From Camelus dromedarius (Eukaryota), in NCBI RefSeq assembly GCF_036321535.1, contig NC_087437.1:29514001-29578000 (forward strand): a DNA stretch of 64,000 bases. The letters run 5' to 3'. Shown piece by piece: positions 52,420 to 64,000 of the stretch. Under the pieces are notes generated by a model that was not told where the DNA came from, made no database searches, and saw nothing but the letters and a program-made list of their open reading frames with translations. The number at the start of each line of letters is the position of its first letter. The stretch's first letter is position 1. The translations under genes and the position numbers were made by a program.

Positions 52420-52880
52420 AGACAGTGTTGAGAAGGAGGGGTGGGAATTCCACTAGATGAGGTATCAATAGGGTTAGCCTGAGAAACACAACTGAGCCAC
52501 AGGCCAAGAAGCTGCCTGAGGCCACACCAATTAAGAGTGCTGCAGTTCCATTGCAGGAAATTAGGCATTGCTGCCAATTTACTGGGCTTTCCCGGCAGAA
52601 TTTCTGATTTAACTGCCAGAGCGTCATTTAGTTACAGTTCCACTGGAGTAGACAGTGCCCTCAAGTGGACACTGGTTTCAGACATGCCTCACTAGCACCC
52701 CTCTATCTCGCTTGTGTGGTTCTGCAGCCAGTTTGCTGTAGTCAAGTCACAGCTGCTGGCGAGCCCACCCCCAGCTCAGAGACCAGCCAGCTGAGAGCCA
52801 GCTGACACTATCAGTGTCAGTGGGAGCTTCCAGCCAGAATCACGCATGCACATTCTAATGACCAGCAGCAGGCTTTATCA
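52420..52880. promoter_or_regulatory. Candidate enhancer / CTCF site
   Basis: Non-repeat GC-richer block; CTCF-like CCACTTGAGGGCAC (minus, 52655-52668); three CAGCTG E-boxes; inverted TGACA pair. Confidence 0.35.
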
Positions 52881-52947
52881 GCCCAGTTTTAAACATCCAT
52901 GTGCCTTCTAGAAAAGCAACGGATTGAGGGACTTTCACAAGAATATC

Positions 52948-53228
52948 GGGGAGATGTTGTTTAAGGGTACAAACTTGCAACTGGCAGATAAATACATTCT
53001 GGAGATCTCTGCACACAGCATGGTGATCATAGTCAACAATACTGTATTATGAACTTCCAAGTTGCTAAGAGACCAGATTTTAATCGTTCTTACCACAAAA
53101 AAGAAATGATAACTATGTGACCTGCTAGCTAATATTATGATAGTAATCGTGCTGCAATATATAAATCAACATGTTGTATACCTTAAACTGACACAATGCT
53201 GTATGTCATTGTATCTCAATAAAAAGAA
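52948..53228 (+). mobile_element. L1MA-type 3' end
   Basis: aagggtacaaacttgca...ttctggagatct...gttgctaagaga...ctcaataaaaag. Confidence 0.85.
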
Positions 53229-54449
53229 AAACAAGAAAATAGAGAAATCGATGACTAGAGAAGTAGGGAACATTTTTTTTCCCACCATGAACACATGCAA
53301 AAAGGACTTTTAAATATATTTTGAATAAGACTGTAACCTTGTGATTACCTCGAAGCTTACTGATTGAATGACTAACACCATCTAAACTATGAGTAATAGA
53401 AAGATTGTAAGGTAAAGGATAATTCAGAGTAAAATAAAACACTATGTAATGTTCAGTATAAAATAAATTACACAGTTTAAACATAAATAAATAGGTAGGC
53501 AGTTTATTAATTTAAAGGTTAGGCCCCTTCCTGTTCCCACTACATAAATATTAAACAAACATTTGAAGAATATCCATTTGAAATGGCAGTAAATCATTAG
53601 CCTGTGCAATGAAGCCCCCTCTTCCAGGCAGACTCTGTGTAATCCTTGACCATGCATGTCCAAACCTCTGAACTAGGACAGCAGCTATGGCTGTAAATAG
53701 GGTATATATATTTAAAAATAAAACCCCAAGACCCTGTCTTTTCTTTTTCAGTGTCTGTCCCTAATTCAGTAATCCTGCAGTGGTTCTTGTCACAAAATCC
53801 AAAAAAAAAAAAAAAAAAAAATCCTCTTTCCTACATGGGAAGTATTTTGTAAACGTGTCCTTCAAAGCTGTAAGCACCTGGATACATCAGTGATAAAGGT
53901 GTGAGCAAATATTATCTTGGGGTATGGAGTCATTTCCAAAAAAAAAAAAGAGTGGATATGCAAAGGCAGAAAAAAAAAAAAAAGAGCCCTGGGAGCTTTC
54001 CTTTACGGAGACAGTATATGGTTGGAGCAATTATACAAAAATAAAATCACAAAAAACAAAAACAAAAACAGTCAGGCAAGATACAAATGTAATCTAGGCA
54101 CCAGAATTAAGACAAAAGATCTGCTGTACACAATGGCCCTTCCCAAATCTAAATCTGACCAAGGGAGCAGTCAGGGGCCAGGGAAAGGGCTGGGGTGCTG
54201 CTGTCATCATACACATTAGCAAAAATCAAATAAGACAAAATAAATTAATTAAATAAATAAAAATAAAATAAGCCTAGATGACATCTCATTGTTCAACTAT
54301 TAGAAGAAGAAGATTTCCCATAGCTCAAAGGAAAGGGAACTTCAGTTGGAAAGAAAAGATATGCTTTCTTGAAAAGGATTTATTAAATATTAAGTTTAAC
54401 AATTATACTAAACTTCTTGGGAAATCAGGATTGTTGTTGCTTGGCATGG

Positions 54450-55775
54450 TGAATAATTGCTTAGAGTTACTCACATAGTTACCATTTTGTTGCTTTTCAT
54501 TCCTTTCTCATTTCTGTGCTTCTCTATGGAATCATTTCCCTTTGGTATTTCTTGTAGTCCTGGCCTCTCAGTGAAGAATTCTCATAATCATTGTCTACAA
54601 ATATTTTGAGCTCACCTCTATTATTGAAGAAACTTTTCACTAAGGAAAGAATAATTCCAGGTTGGCGGTTTTCTTTCTTTCACCACTTTAAAGATGCCAT
54701 TCCGTTGTCTGACTTGCATTGACCCTCTTGAGAAGTCAGTTATTAGTTTATTGTTGATCTTGTGAAGGTTAATATATCTTTTTGTCTCAAGTTTGTCTGT
54801 ACTTTATATATTATTTCTTAACGTGGTTTGAAACAGTTTTACTATGATGCAGTCACATGGGTTTTTTTTGTTGGTTTGTTTTCCCAATTTATCCATGCTT
54901 GGGATCAAAGCTCTGCATGAATCTTTAGCCTAATTACTCTCATCACTTTTGAAATATTCTCAATCATTTGGTCTTCCAGTGTTGCTTTTGCTCCATCCAC
55001 GGTTTCTCCTTCTGTTCTAAAAATTACATATATAGGAACTTATCATTGTGTCCATGTGTCTTTTGTGATCTTTTTGTATTTCCCGTTCTTTTACTTACTG
55101 TGCTTCAGTCTTTCTTGTCTTTCTAGACATATATCCTTTTGTCAGATGTGTCAATCTGCTGTTAAACACATCTACTGCATTTTTATTTTAAATTATATGT
55201 TTAGTTCTACAATTTCCTTTTATGGATTTTAGATCACTGGTTAAATTGCCTGTCTCACCCTCGATTATCTTGAACATATTAATTACCATGAATTTAAAGT
55301 CTTAGTTTTCTTTTGCAATAATCTGCATCAGCCATAGGGCCAGTTCCTCTTGTTTATCTTTTTCTCTTGGACATGCCCAGTAATTTTTTTGAAATACAGT
55401 CATTGTGCATGAAAAATTTGAGAGGCTCTGGATGATGATATCCACCTCCAGAGAGACTCCTCACCTCATTTTCTGGCAGCCAGTGAGAGTGCTTGCAGAT
55501 TGTCTCAGTCTCGGTGACCTGAGGCTGTATTTCAAACTATGAGGTTTGTACTCTATCTCCTAGCATATAAAACAGCCAACCCTCTCTCCAGAGTTTCCTT
55601 ACTGAGAGCTTGGGATGTTTCCCAAGGTTTTTACATTTGGGATATTCTTTCCTCCAATTTTTGTCTCCGCAGCAAAGAAGTGAGACTACTGAAATCTTTG
55701 CTTGATGTTTACTTTTTGCTTGGTTTTGGATCTCTGGCCCTGTAGCTTACAAATCAACAAATACCTAGAAAATAG
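54450..55775 (-). mobile_element. Ancient L1 (L1ME-like) ORF1/5' relic
   Basis: ttcaccactttaaagatgccattccgttgtct...ttgagaagtcag antisense ORF1 motifs. Confidence 0.65.
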
Positions 55776-57919
55776 CCCACTTCTCTTTTACCATTATTTT
55801 TATAAAGTTAATTTTCTATTATTAAAGCAATACTATTCATTATAGAATATTTAACATATTTTTAAATGAAAGGGAATCATTCACAAATCTTCCTTACCAA
55901 AGACAACCATTGTTAACATCTGATGTATTCCCTTTATTCCCTGAGAGTCTTTTACTGGGTGTTAACAGTCTATCCTTTTAATAGAAAAAGGCTTATATAT
56001 ATGATAATTAACAAAAGAATATTTAAAGGTCCTGGATGGAAAGTAATATGAAGAGATAATGTTTTTGCTTATAATATCTACCACTATTGATGTGCTATCA
56101 CTGTTAGAAAATTAGATAATACATCAAATCTTGCTATTTGAATTTTAAAGATGAAGAAATGTATGGCCTAAGGTCCTTGACAGTCAGAATGACCATTTCC
56201 TTGATCTTTACAACTGCGCTTTTGAGGACAGCAAAAGAAACACTTTTGGTTTAACAAGTATCCTAGCAGTGTCCCCACCATGAAAATAATCATTGTTATT
56301 AATGCTGTACCAAGATATCACAAATTATTGATTTCAGAGATTGCAGTACATTTGACAAGACTATTTGCATGCCTTCTTCTTAGAAACTCTTCTGCATCCC
56401 AGAGGACTTCTTTTGGGTCATGTAACCTGCCTACTCATTCCCCTTCAACACACATGTCACGCATATCTCTCACCAGTCACTGCTGATGGAGCTAGTTGTC
56501 CATACTAGAACTCAAAGTAAGCCAGTACATAAAGTGGCTTTCTTGGCTTTGTTTTCTGATTTTTCCTGGAAACTGGACTCACTTCGTCTCGTCTGCATGA
56601 AGTCCACCTCTTTTCCCTGTCTCAGATAGCAATGCTTCAAATAACATTAACTTCTTTTTTGTTGTTGAGCTATTTTCAGTGTGTTTTTGTTCCTTGCAAG
56701 TAATGACTGAATGACAAGGTAAGAAAAGGGGTAAGAGATTCTGTCTGGTTTGTAGGAAGATGGATGGAGTTTCAAGAAAACATCTCAAGGAATTGGCAGA
56801 GGGCACGGGGTGGGGAGCAGGGAGACAAAGAAGGAAAAGGAACAGAACTGAAGGGAAGGAAACCCTCCCTATACAGACAAGCTTTGCTGTGGACTGATAA
56901 GTTCAGTAAGGAAATACCTGCAAGTCTTTTTTTTTTTTTTTTTTTAAAGCAAGCACTTAGTTTGGTTGACAACAAAGTATGAAACTCTGCTTCCCTGCTG
57001 TGGGCAGCATCTCAAGTCTCAGTTCAGTTCTTTCAGCCTTAGCTGAGCTGCCAGAGATTTGGACAGCCTTGTACACAAAATCTGGAGCTCCCTCTCTCCA
57101 CCTTGCTCCTTTTCTTCTTTTTTCCTCATCATATTCCAGTGGCTGCAGTTGCTCGCTGAACCCTGTCTTCTGATTCTTCAAACAAGTAAAATTGTGGGTT
57201 TTCCATCAGTTTTAGCTATCCCTGGAGATGTCTACCGGGGCTTGCCCCCCAGGCTAAATGTTTTATAAACAGGAAACTCACCAGATTCCTTTCCCTTCTT
57301 CCAAGTATCATCTTTCCTCCAATTTCTACCTGTTTTTGTTTACTCTTCAGTGCCATCAAGTAGTTGTTTTATTTATGTTTTTCAAGAGTTGATAGTTTTT
57401 ATCAGTTCCAGGAGGGCTAGTCTGATAAGAGCCTCTTGGCCCAGGGGAAGCAGAATGCTTCTGCCAGTCTCTGTATAGCCCAACTTTTTCGATATTGTCT
57501 TCCTCTTTATTTTCACCTCTCAGTCAGATGAAGTACCCCTTTAAGTAATCATTTTCATGACATATACATAGAGACAAAGAGCCTTTTCTGAACCTATGTA
57601 TACCAGAAAATGATATTCTATTGCCTTCCTGCACAAAAAGCAACTTGGCCAGTTAAATATGTGTGTCACAGCCAGCAGTGAGTATTGCAGAGAAGAATAT
57701 TGGAGAGATAAGCAACGGGATAGGAGAAATTCCTATTTGATTCTAACAAAGCCAAACAATATGAAAGCAATAAATTCAAGCTATAAATATGGAAAACAGA
57801 ACTAACTTACACATTTTAAGGCTATGGCCAAGGAAACGCCACATATCCTTTGGCTACTCCAGATCACCTCCCTATAAAGAATGAGGAAAAAAGAGCAAAA
57901 AATAAAATCTGCACTGAAA

Positions 57920-58412
57920 TCCTTATTAATAAGGACTCAGAAAAGAGCAAACAAACAAATAAAAACTTAATACAAGAAAAGAATTTAATAAAGGGAGTGT
58001 TTTACCATAGTGTGGGCAGGGCTTAGAGATACAAGAAAGGAGGGTGCAGATCCCTGGGGTTAGCAACCACAGGGAGCCATTTCTACCCCCAAGTCTGAAG
58101 GGATAAGGTCAGAGAACAGTTCTTGGAATCTAGAGAGGATAGCTACATGGACAGAGTCCCTCCCAGGTGCTGTGTCCAGTCTCAGTAACCTGGAATGAAT
58201 GAAGTTAGTGAAATAAATATTCCAGTCTCATTCTCTTTCCATCCTCCAGTCTCCTGCAGGTTCTCCCGTTGGTTGAACTCAACTGGAAGCGTAAAGATTC
58301 TCCAATCTGTTGCTGGGGAGTCCATACATACTGGCTTCACAATGAGTGCCCACACGGTGAAGAAGGGTGAAGGGTGGATTTAGAGGGTTAACTAGGAAAA
58401 AACCCCAGTGTA
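57920..58412 (-). mobile_element. LTR33-like ERVL solo LTR
   Basis: tttaataaagggagtg...gtgtgggcaggg...ccctggggttagcaac...aagtctgaaggg. Confidence 0.65.
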
Positions 58413-59379
58413 GAACTTATGAAAAACTTAACTGCAGATGAAGGGAGAAAGAACTTCATTCTAAAGCAAAAACAAAGTGCAGACATCTGACAAGTGTATG
58501 AAGTATATGAAACTATATGAACTAGCAGAGTTCTTTAAAATAGGTATAGCATTCTCAGTCAGATATGAAAAGAAGCAATCTCTATAAAATAGAGGCAGAA
58601 GGCTTATTAGGAGAGAACAGATTAAGATCTAAGTAAAACTGGATAAAATAATGATTTATTTTTTTTAAAATTAAAGATTCAGTAGCAAAAGTAGTAACAG
58701 GAAATATTGATACGTTAGAAAATCAAATGAGTTCTAGGCAATACAGAAAACTCAACTGAAGTGGAAAACATCAAACATAGAAATTCCATATTTACATTAT
58801 ATTGATAAAATATAGCCAATAAAATTTAAATTCAAGACCAAGCTTTAAAGTAAAAATGAGAAATCCTTCACACCAGAAAATGAGAGTAAACTTAAGGAAT
58901 GAGTGAGAACTAAAGTGCCTCGTAGAGTATCTGGATTGAGTATCTGTCTAAATGTCTGGATTGTTAACACAGCTTCACCAAGATGCTTGTGGTGGCCATG
59001 GGCCTGGTGTCTAGGAGATGGTGTCTACTGAGCTTCCTAAGTAAATAGAAGAATCTGCATGAGTGGTCTTACCTATTCTAAAGGACCAAAGAGACAACCC
59101 AATGGCCTTGGGATATGGCAGATGGCATCTAATCACCATAGATACTGGAAGGGAATTGTAATCCAAGCTTGTGGATGTGATGTCAGAATTTACGTATTTA
59201 CTCAGTGCACAGAGGGAAGCACAGAGCCAAGACATTTCCCTAATAACTGAAAGGACACCCCCACAACTTACATCACTCAGTCCTCCGAAAGGAAAATAAG
59301 TCCCACTCTCAAGGAGCTCATTTGTACAAATTTCAGCATACACAAAGAAAGTAGATTGCCAAAGTTAGAAATAGCAGCT

Positions 59380-60990
59380 ATAAAAAAGGGAAATTTCACA
59401 TTCCATCAATCCCTTTAGACAAATCTAAAAGAGATATTATAAAACAGGTTTAAAATATTCAGAAATGAAAATAATATAACAAATTCAGGAACAAACATCA
59501 TGGGGAAAAGAGAGGAGTCAGATATAAATTCTAGAATTAAATAATATAGTATATTAATAGTGAAAACTCAAATATTTAAGCCGTTATGTTGGACAGTGCT
59601 AAAGAGAAAATTGATAAAATGATAGATAAATATAAAGAAATCACTGAGACTAAATAAAGCACAGCCAGATAAAGGGATGGAAATGTGAAAGTTGAGATAC
59701 AAACAAAGAATGAAATATTCCAACTTATTTGTACTTTAATTCTAGGGTAAATGAGGGTAAAGCAATATTTGAAGAAATGATGTTGGAGAATATTCTAGAG
59801 TTGAAGAAAGCATGAATAATCAGTTTAAAAACACTTCTCAAATCTTAAGTATGATAATTTAAAAACAAATCCACATATAAAATAACATATCATAAGGAAG
59901 CTACAGAACAACAAAAATAAAACTTAGAGAATACAGATCACTTCCAAGTAATGATCAGTAGAATTCTCACGAGTAATGATACATGCCCAACCCAAATGGG
60001 GTAATATTTCCTAATTGCTGAGGAAGAGTAACATTATTCTTGTAACCCAATCTCAACTATCATTTGAAAATAAGGATAAAATAAATATATTTTCATAAAC
60101 AAATTGAGTAAGAGACTTTATACTTACTGAAAGTACCATTTCATAAGCAAGTACTTTACCAGAAAGGAAATTGAATTTACAAGGAAGGAGTTCAGACACA
60201 CACAGTATTTTAAGGTCCTTATCTTCTCTGGGCAGAAAATACAGTGTATCTTGATACTAAGTTTTGTTAAAACATATGTGTACATGACAATTTACAGACA
60301 GCCTTTAAAACAACGGTTCTCGAATGGGAGTGAGTTTTCTCCCAAGGGACATTCGGCAATGATTGGAGACATTTTTGGTTGCCATAACTCTAAGAGGGGA
60401 TAGAGGTCAGGCATGCTAAGAAGCATTTTGCAATGCGCAGCACATGCTCTCACAGCAAAGAATTATCCAGCCCCAAAAGTCATGTGTACTGTTGTTGGAA
60501 AACTGGCTCAAATAAATAGAACAGAAAATATAACTTAGAAACCAATAGTAGAAAAGGCAAAATAAACATGTTATGCAAAGAAGGAATGAATCCAAAGAAG
60601 TGAAGGACTTACATGATAAAGAAATAAAATGATGGAAATGTAATCATTATCAATGTAAGCAAAATAAACTTATTTAAATGGCAGATATTCTCAGCTTGAA
60701 TAAAAGGCAAGAAAACTCAGCTATTTACAAATTTACATTTAGAACTTAATGACATAGGAAGTTTTTAAATGGAGGAACAGAAAGTGATACTAACCAAGAG
60801 AAAGATAATATAGCAAAATTAGTACCATTAGAACAAATAGAATTCAGTTGAAAGCATTATTATGTATAAGTATGGACATTACTTGATGATATAATAATTG
60901 TGAACCTATATGCAACTAACAATTTAAACTCAATATATAAAGGAAAAAAGTATCACATAGTTTTCACAAGAACTGATAAAGTTAGATGAA
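59380..60990 (+). mobile_element. Ancient L1 (L1ME-like) ORF1 to early ORF2 relic
   Basis: agcaatatttgaagaaatgatgttggagaatattctagagttgaagaaa; tgaacctatatgcaactaacaa. Confidence 0.65.
60311..60505. mobile_element. MER20-like hAT MITE nested in old L1
   Basis: gggacattcggcaatgattggagacatttttggttgccataact; cagcaaagaattatccagcccc. Confidence 0.85.
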
Positions 60991-63037
60991 ATAAATAAAA
61001 CTGGGGAAAATTTCTACAATATTCTTTAAAAAGCTTGGTAATCTGTAAAGAGAAAGGAATGAAACTTAGGCTGTCTCCTAGCTCTACTGACATAACACCA
61101 ATATTAAATATTTATAAACATGCTATATAGGGAATATCCATGTCTTTCTGCTTTGCAACTAACAAGATTTTCCATTTTTGTCTGAGCATAAGAACACTAC
61201 CTAGAACCACAACTTAAATCTAGGATATGTGTGTGTGTGTGTTTTAACTTCAAATATTGTAGGTTTTCCACTCTACTACATGGTGAATATCAGAAAGGCA
61301 CACAAATTTATCACTTTACAGGATTTTGTAAGACCTCTATGTTTCTGCAAAACACATGATTAAAAATTTTAGCCCAGTTTTCTGAGACTTAAACAATGTA
61401 TGTAAAATAGATGCTGTAGGCTCTATAATTAATCCTCCCCCCTTACTCTCTCTTAACTCTCCTCAAAAACTGTAATACTTCCCTGATTAAGTATAAAGTT
61501 AGTTAAAGAAACTTTGAAGAAAAAGGAATTACCACTTACAGACATTGTAAAAAGTTGATGGTGGTCAGGGAAATTTACTCTGGAATCCTAAATTAAATCA
61601 ACACTCAGTCATTTCCTGAAGGAACTGGAAAGTTCCAGGAACCATTCTCTTGCTTTCCCCAATTTCATATGTCCTCAGATAATGAGAATAAAAAAGTTAT
61701 GCCAAAGTTCTGTCAGGGTTAAGAATAAATTTTACATGATTTATATATGAGTATGAGACTATGTTGATACGCCCACAGTCATTTTATAGCTGATGTCAGC
61801 GTTCACTCAAGCACCACAGTAAGCTATTAAAAATGCATGTGAAACAAAATTATTGAAGTGTAAGTTTCATGTGAGTTGATAAAAGTAGACTAAATTTTAC
61901 ATGAAAATTATATAAAACTTTTATGCAAGCAAAAAATCATTCTGAAAAAAATGGTTCCAAATGATATGTTTATAATAGCAAAATTCAGTGAAACTGGAAG
62001 CTATAGATGTTTGAAGAGGGAGATAGTACTAAATACACTAAAAAGTAAAACAAAATATAATAATGTGTAGTAGTATTCTTTGATCATTTGTATGATTGTT
62101 TAAAGCACCCTGTATATGCCTGGATTTAAAGGACAGAAAAGCATATTGAGTATTTTTACTAGTGTTATTTACTAATATATCAACACTACCTCCTCCAATT
62201 GCAACCGCATGGTTAGAACACTGTTTACTATGAATTGAGGTGAGGGAAATCTTCTGACAGTGAATACATGTTTAAAATTGTGATGGTTGGATCCAACTGA
62301 AAGAGGAATTACTTGGTCTGTACTAAGTATAACCCTAAAAAAAAAAAAAAACTACTCAAAGGAGTTAGAAGAAAGGAAGAAAATGCAAAAAAAAATTTGT
62401 ACAGAAATAATATTTCAGACACTGTCTTCCCAAGCAATGTAGTATTTAAGAAGTATCAACTCTGTGTTCATATGATTTCAACATCATTGGCTTATCCTTA
62501 GTTATGTTGTAAGAATCCTTCTGAATTTACCAAAAATCCTTATATACTGTGTTCTGCTATTAAAGTTATTTTACTTTCTACTTAAATTTCTTCAATAACA
62601 TGATCTTTTATATGTATTTCTGAGCCATTGACATTCTCAAGGGATGTTATGTCAGTACTTCGATAAATCCCTCAAATTTTAAGAACACAAAAGTATATTA
62701 TAACTGACTTGCTCCTTTATTAGCACTTTGTCTTTCCCCTGCATATCAAACAATAAAAATTAACTACATATTTACTATCATCTTTCCCTTATTTAGTGGC
62801 TGTTTTTCAGGGGAAAAAAGTCTGTATCATGTAGGGTAATGTAAAGAATAGGGAATGACAAGTAAAGCATAAAATTGTATTCTGATTGCTGACTGGCTGG
62901 CTAAACAGCTTGCTAACAGACACACAAGAATTGCAATATGCCAATAAAATCCATGAATTGGCAAAATTATAAATTCTTATATGCCCTGGAATTCTTAAAT
63001 CCTAAACTTTGAATGTTGAATCTTCAAATATCAATTC

Positions 63038-63061
63038 TGTGTGTGTGTGTGTGTGTGTGTG
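63038..63061. repeat. (TG)12 microsatellite
   Basis: Read directly from the sequence. Confidence 0.95.
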
Positions 63062-63269
63062 TATGATGGATTGACAAATGCTTTTTGTAAACAGCCAAAT
63101 AGTAAATATAGGTTTATTCATATACACACAAATATATGTACATTGAAATATGTATAAATTTGTATACTACTTACATACACAAGTATAATGTAAATGTATT
63201 GGCTTATCTGTCAATTTTCAAGTGTTTCAAAATTCTGTTTTCTCATATTATGTCACAATATTTTAAAAT

Positions 63270-63970
63270 AAAATGTATTTTGAGATCATTGTAGATTCAC
63301 ATGCAGTTGTTAAAAAAAAATAATAGAGAGCAATCTCTGTACCCTTTACCCAGTTTTACTCAGTGGTAACATCTTGCAGAACTATAGTACAATACCATAA
63401 CTGGAATACTGACATTGATGCAATCCAGATAAGGACATTTCTATCCCCAGAAGATCCTTCATATTGCACTTCTATAACCAAACATAGTTTCTTCCCACCC
63501 ACAGTCTCTACTTAATCTCTGGCAAGCACTAATCTGTTCTCCATTTCTATACTCTTGCTATTTCAAGAATCTTATATAAATGGAATTATATACCAGGTAA
63601 ACTTTTGGGATTGGCTTTCTAATTCACTATAATTTTCTAGAGATTTATCTAGGTTATTGCATATATCAGTAATTTATTCCTTTTTATTGTTGAGTAATAT
63701 TCAATAGCATGGATGTATGGCAGTTTAATCATCCATTGGAAGACATCAGAGTTGTTTTTGAGAGATTATAAATATTTATGTTTAGGTTTTATGTGAACAT
63801 AAATCTTAATTTCTTTATGATAAGAATACCCATGAGAGCAATTGCTGGATCAAAAATTGCAGGTTTAGTTTTTAAGAACCTGCTAAAATATTGCCAGAAT
63901 GACTCAACATTTTACATTCCCACCAGCAATATATGAGTGATCCAGTTTTCCCATATCCTCACCAGCACTT
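63270..63970 (-). mobile_element. L1MC1-like 3' end
   Basis: ttttgagatcattgtagattcacatgcagttg...gtaccctttacccagttt...tggtaacatcttgc. Confidence 0.85.
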
Positions 63971-64000
63971 TTTATTTAAAAAAAAAATACTTTTCATTTT

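Noticed and set aside
52451..52463. Second CTCF-like motif (ccactagatgagg region)
   Set aside because: Lacks the GGC core; too weak to call alone.
1..64000. Prokaryote-style systems (CRISPR, operons, defence islands)
   Set aside because: The sequence is mammalian repeat-rich DNA with no spaced repeat arrays or dense coding regions.

Overview
AT-rich, CpG-depleted mammalian non-coding DNA with no CpG island. Three copies of a tRNA-derived SINE resembling the camelid vic-1 family, and no recognisable Alu, B1, Bov-tA/BovB, PRE-1 or Can-SINE, point to a camelid genome (camel, alpaca or llama; inference). I recognise no protein-coding gene; the ORFs I can explain are L1 remnants and the rest look like chance frames. 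Much of the window is transposon-derived: young and old L1, L2, MIR, MaLR/ERVL/ERV1 LTRs and hAT DNA transposons. The most notable structures are: a 1.8-kb TSD-bounded composite L1 (5'UTR fused to the 3' end, plus a second tail); a nested transposon stack at 22-25 kb containing an intact MER41-like solo LTR; a twin-priming L1 inversion; a decayed U6 retrocopy; and a motif-dense candidate enhancer/CTCF site at 52.4-52.9 kb beside an unexplained 108-codon ORF. I found no convincing novel biological system. Repeat family names come from recalled consensus sequences, not a database search, and boundaries of old elements are approximate.
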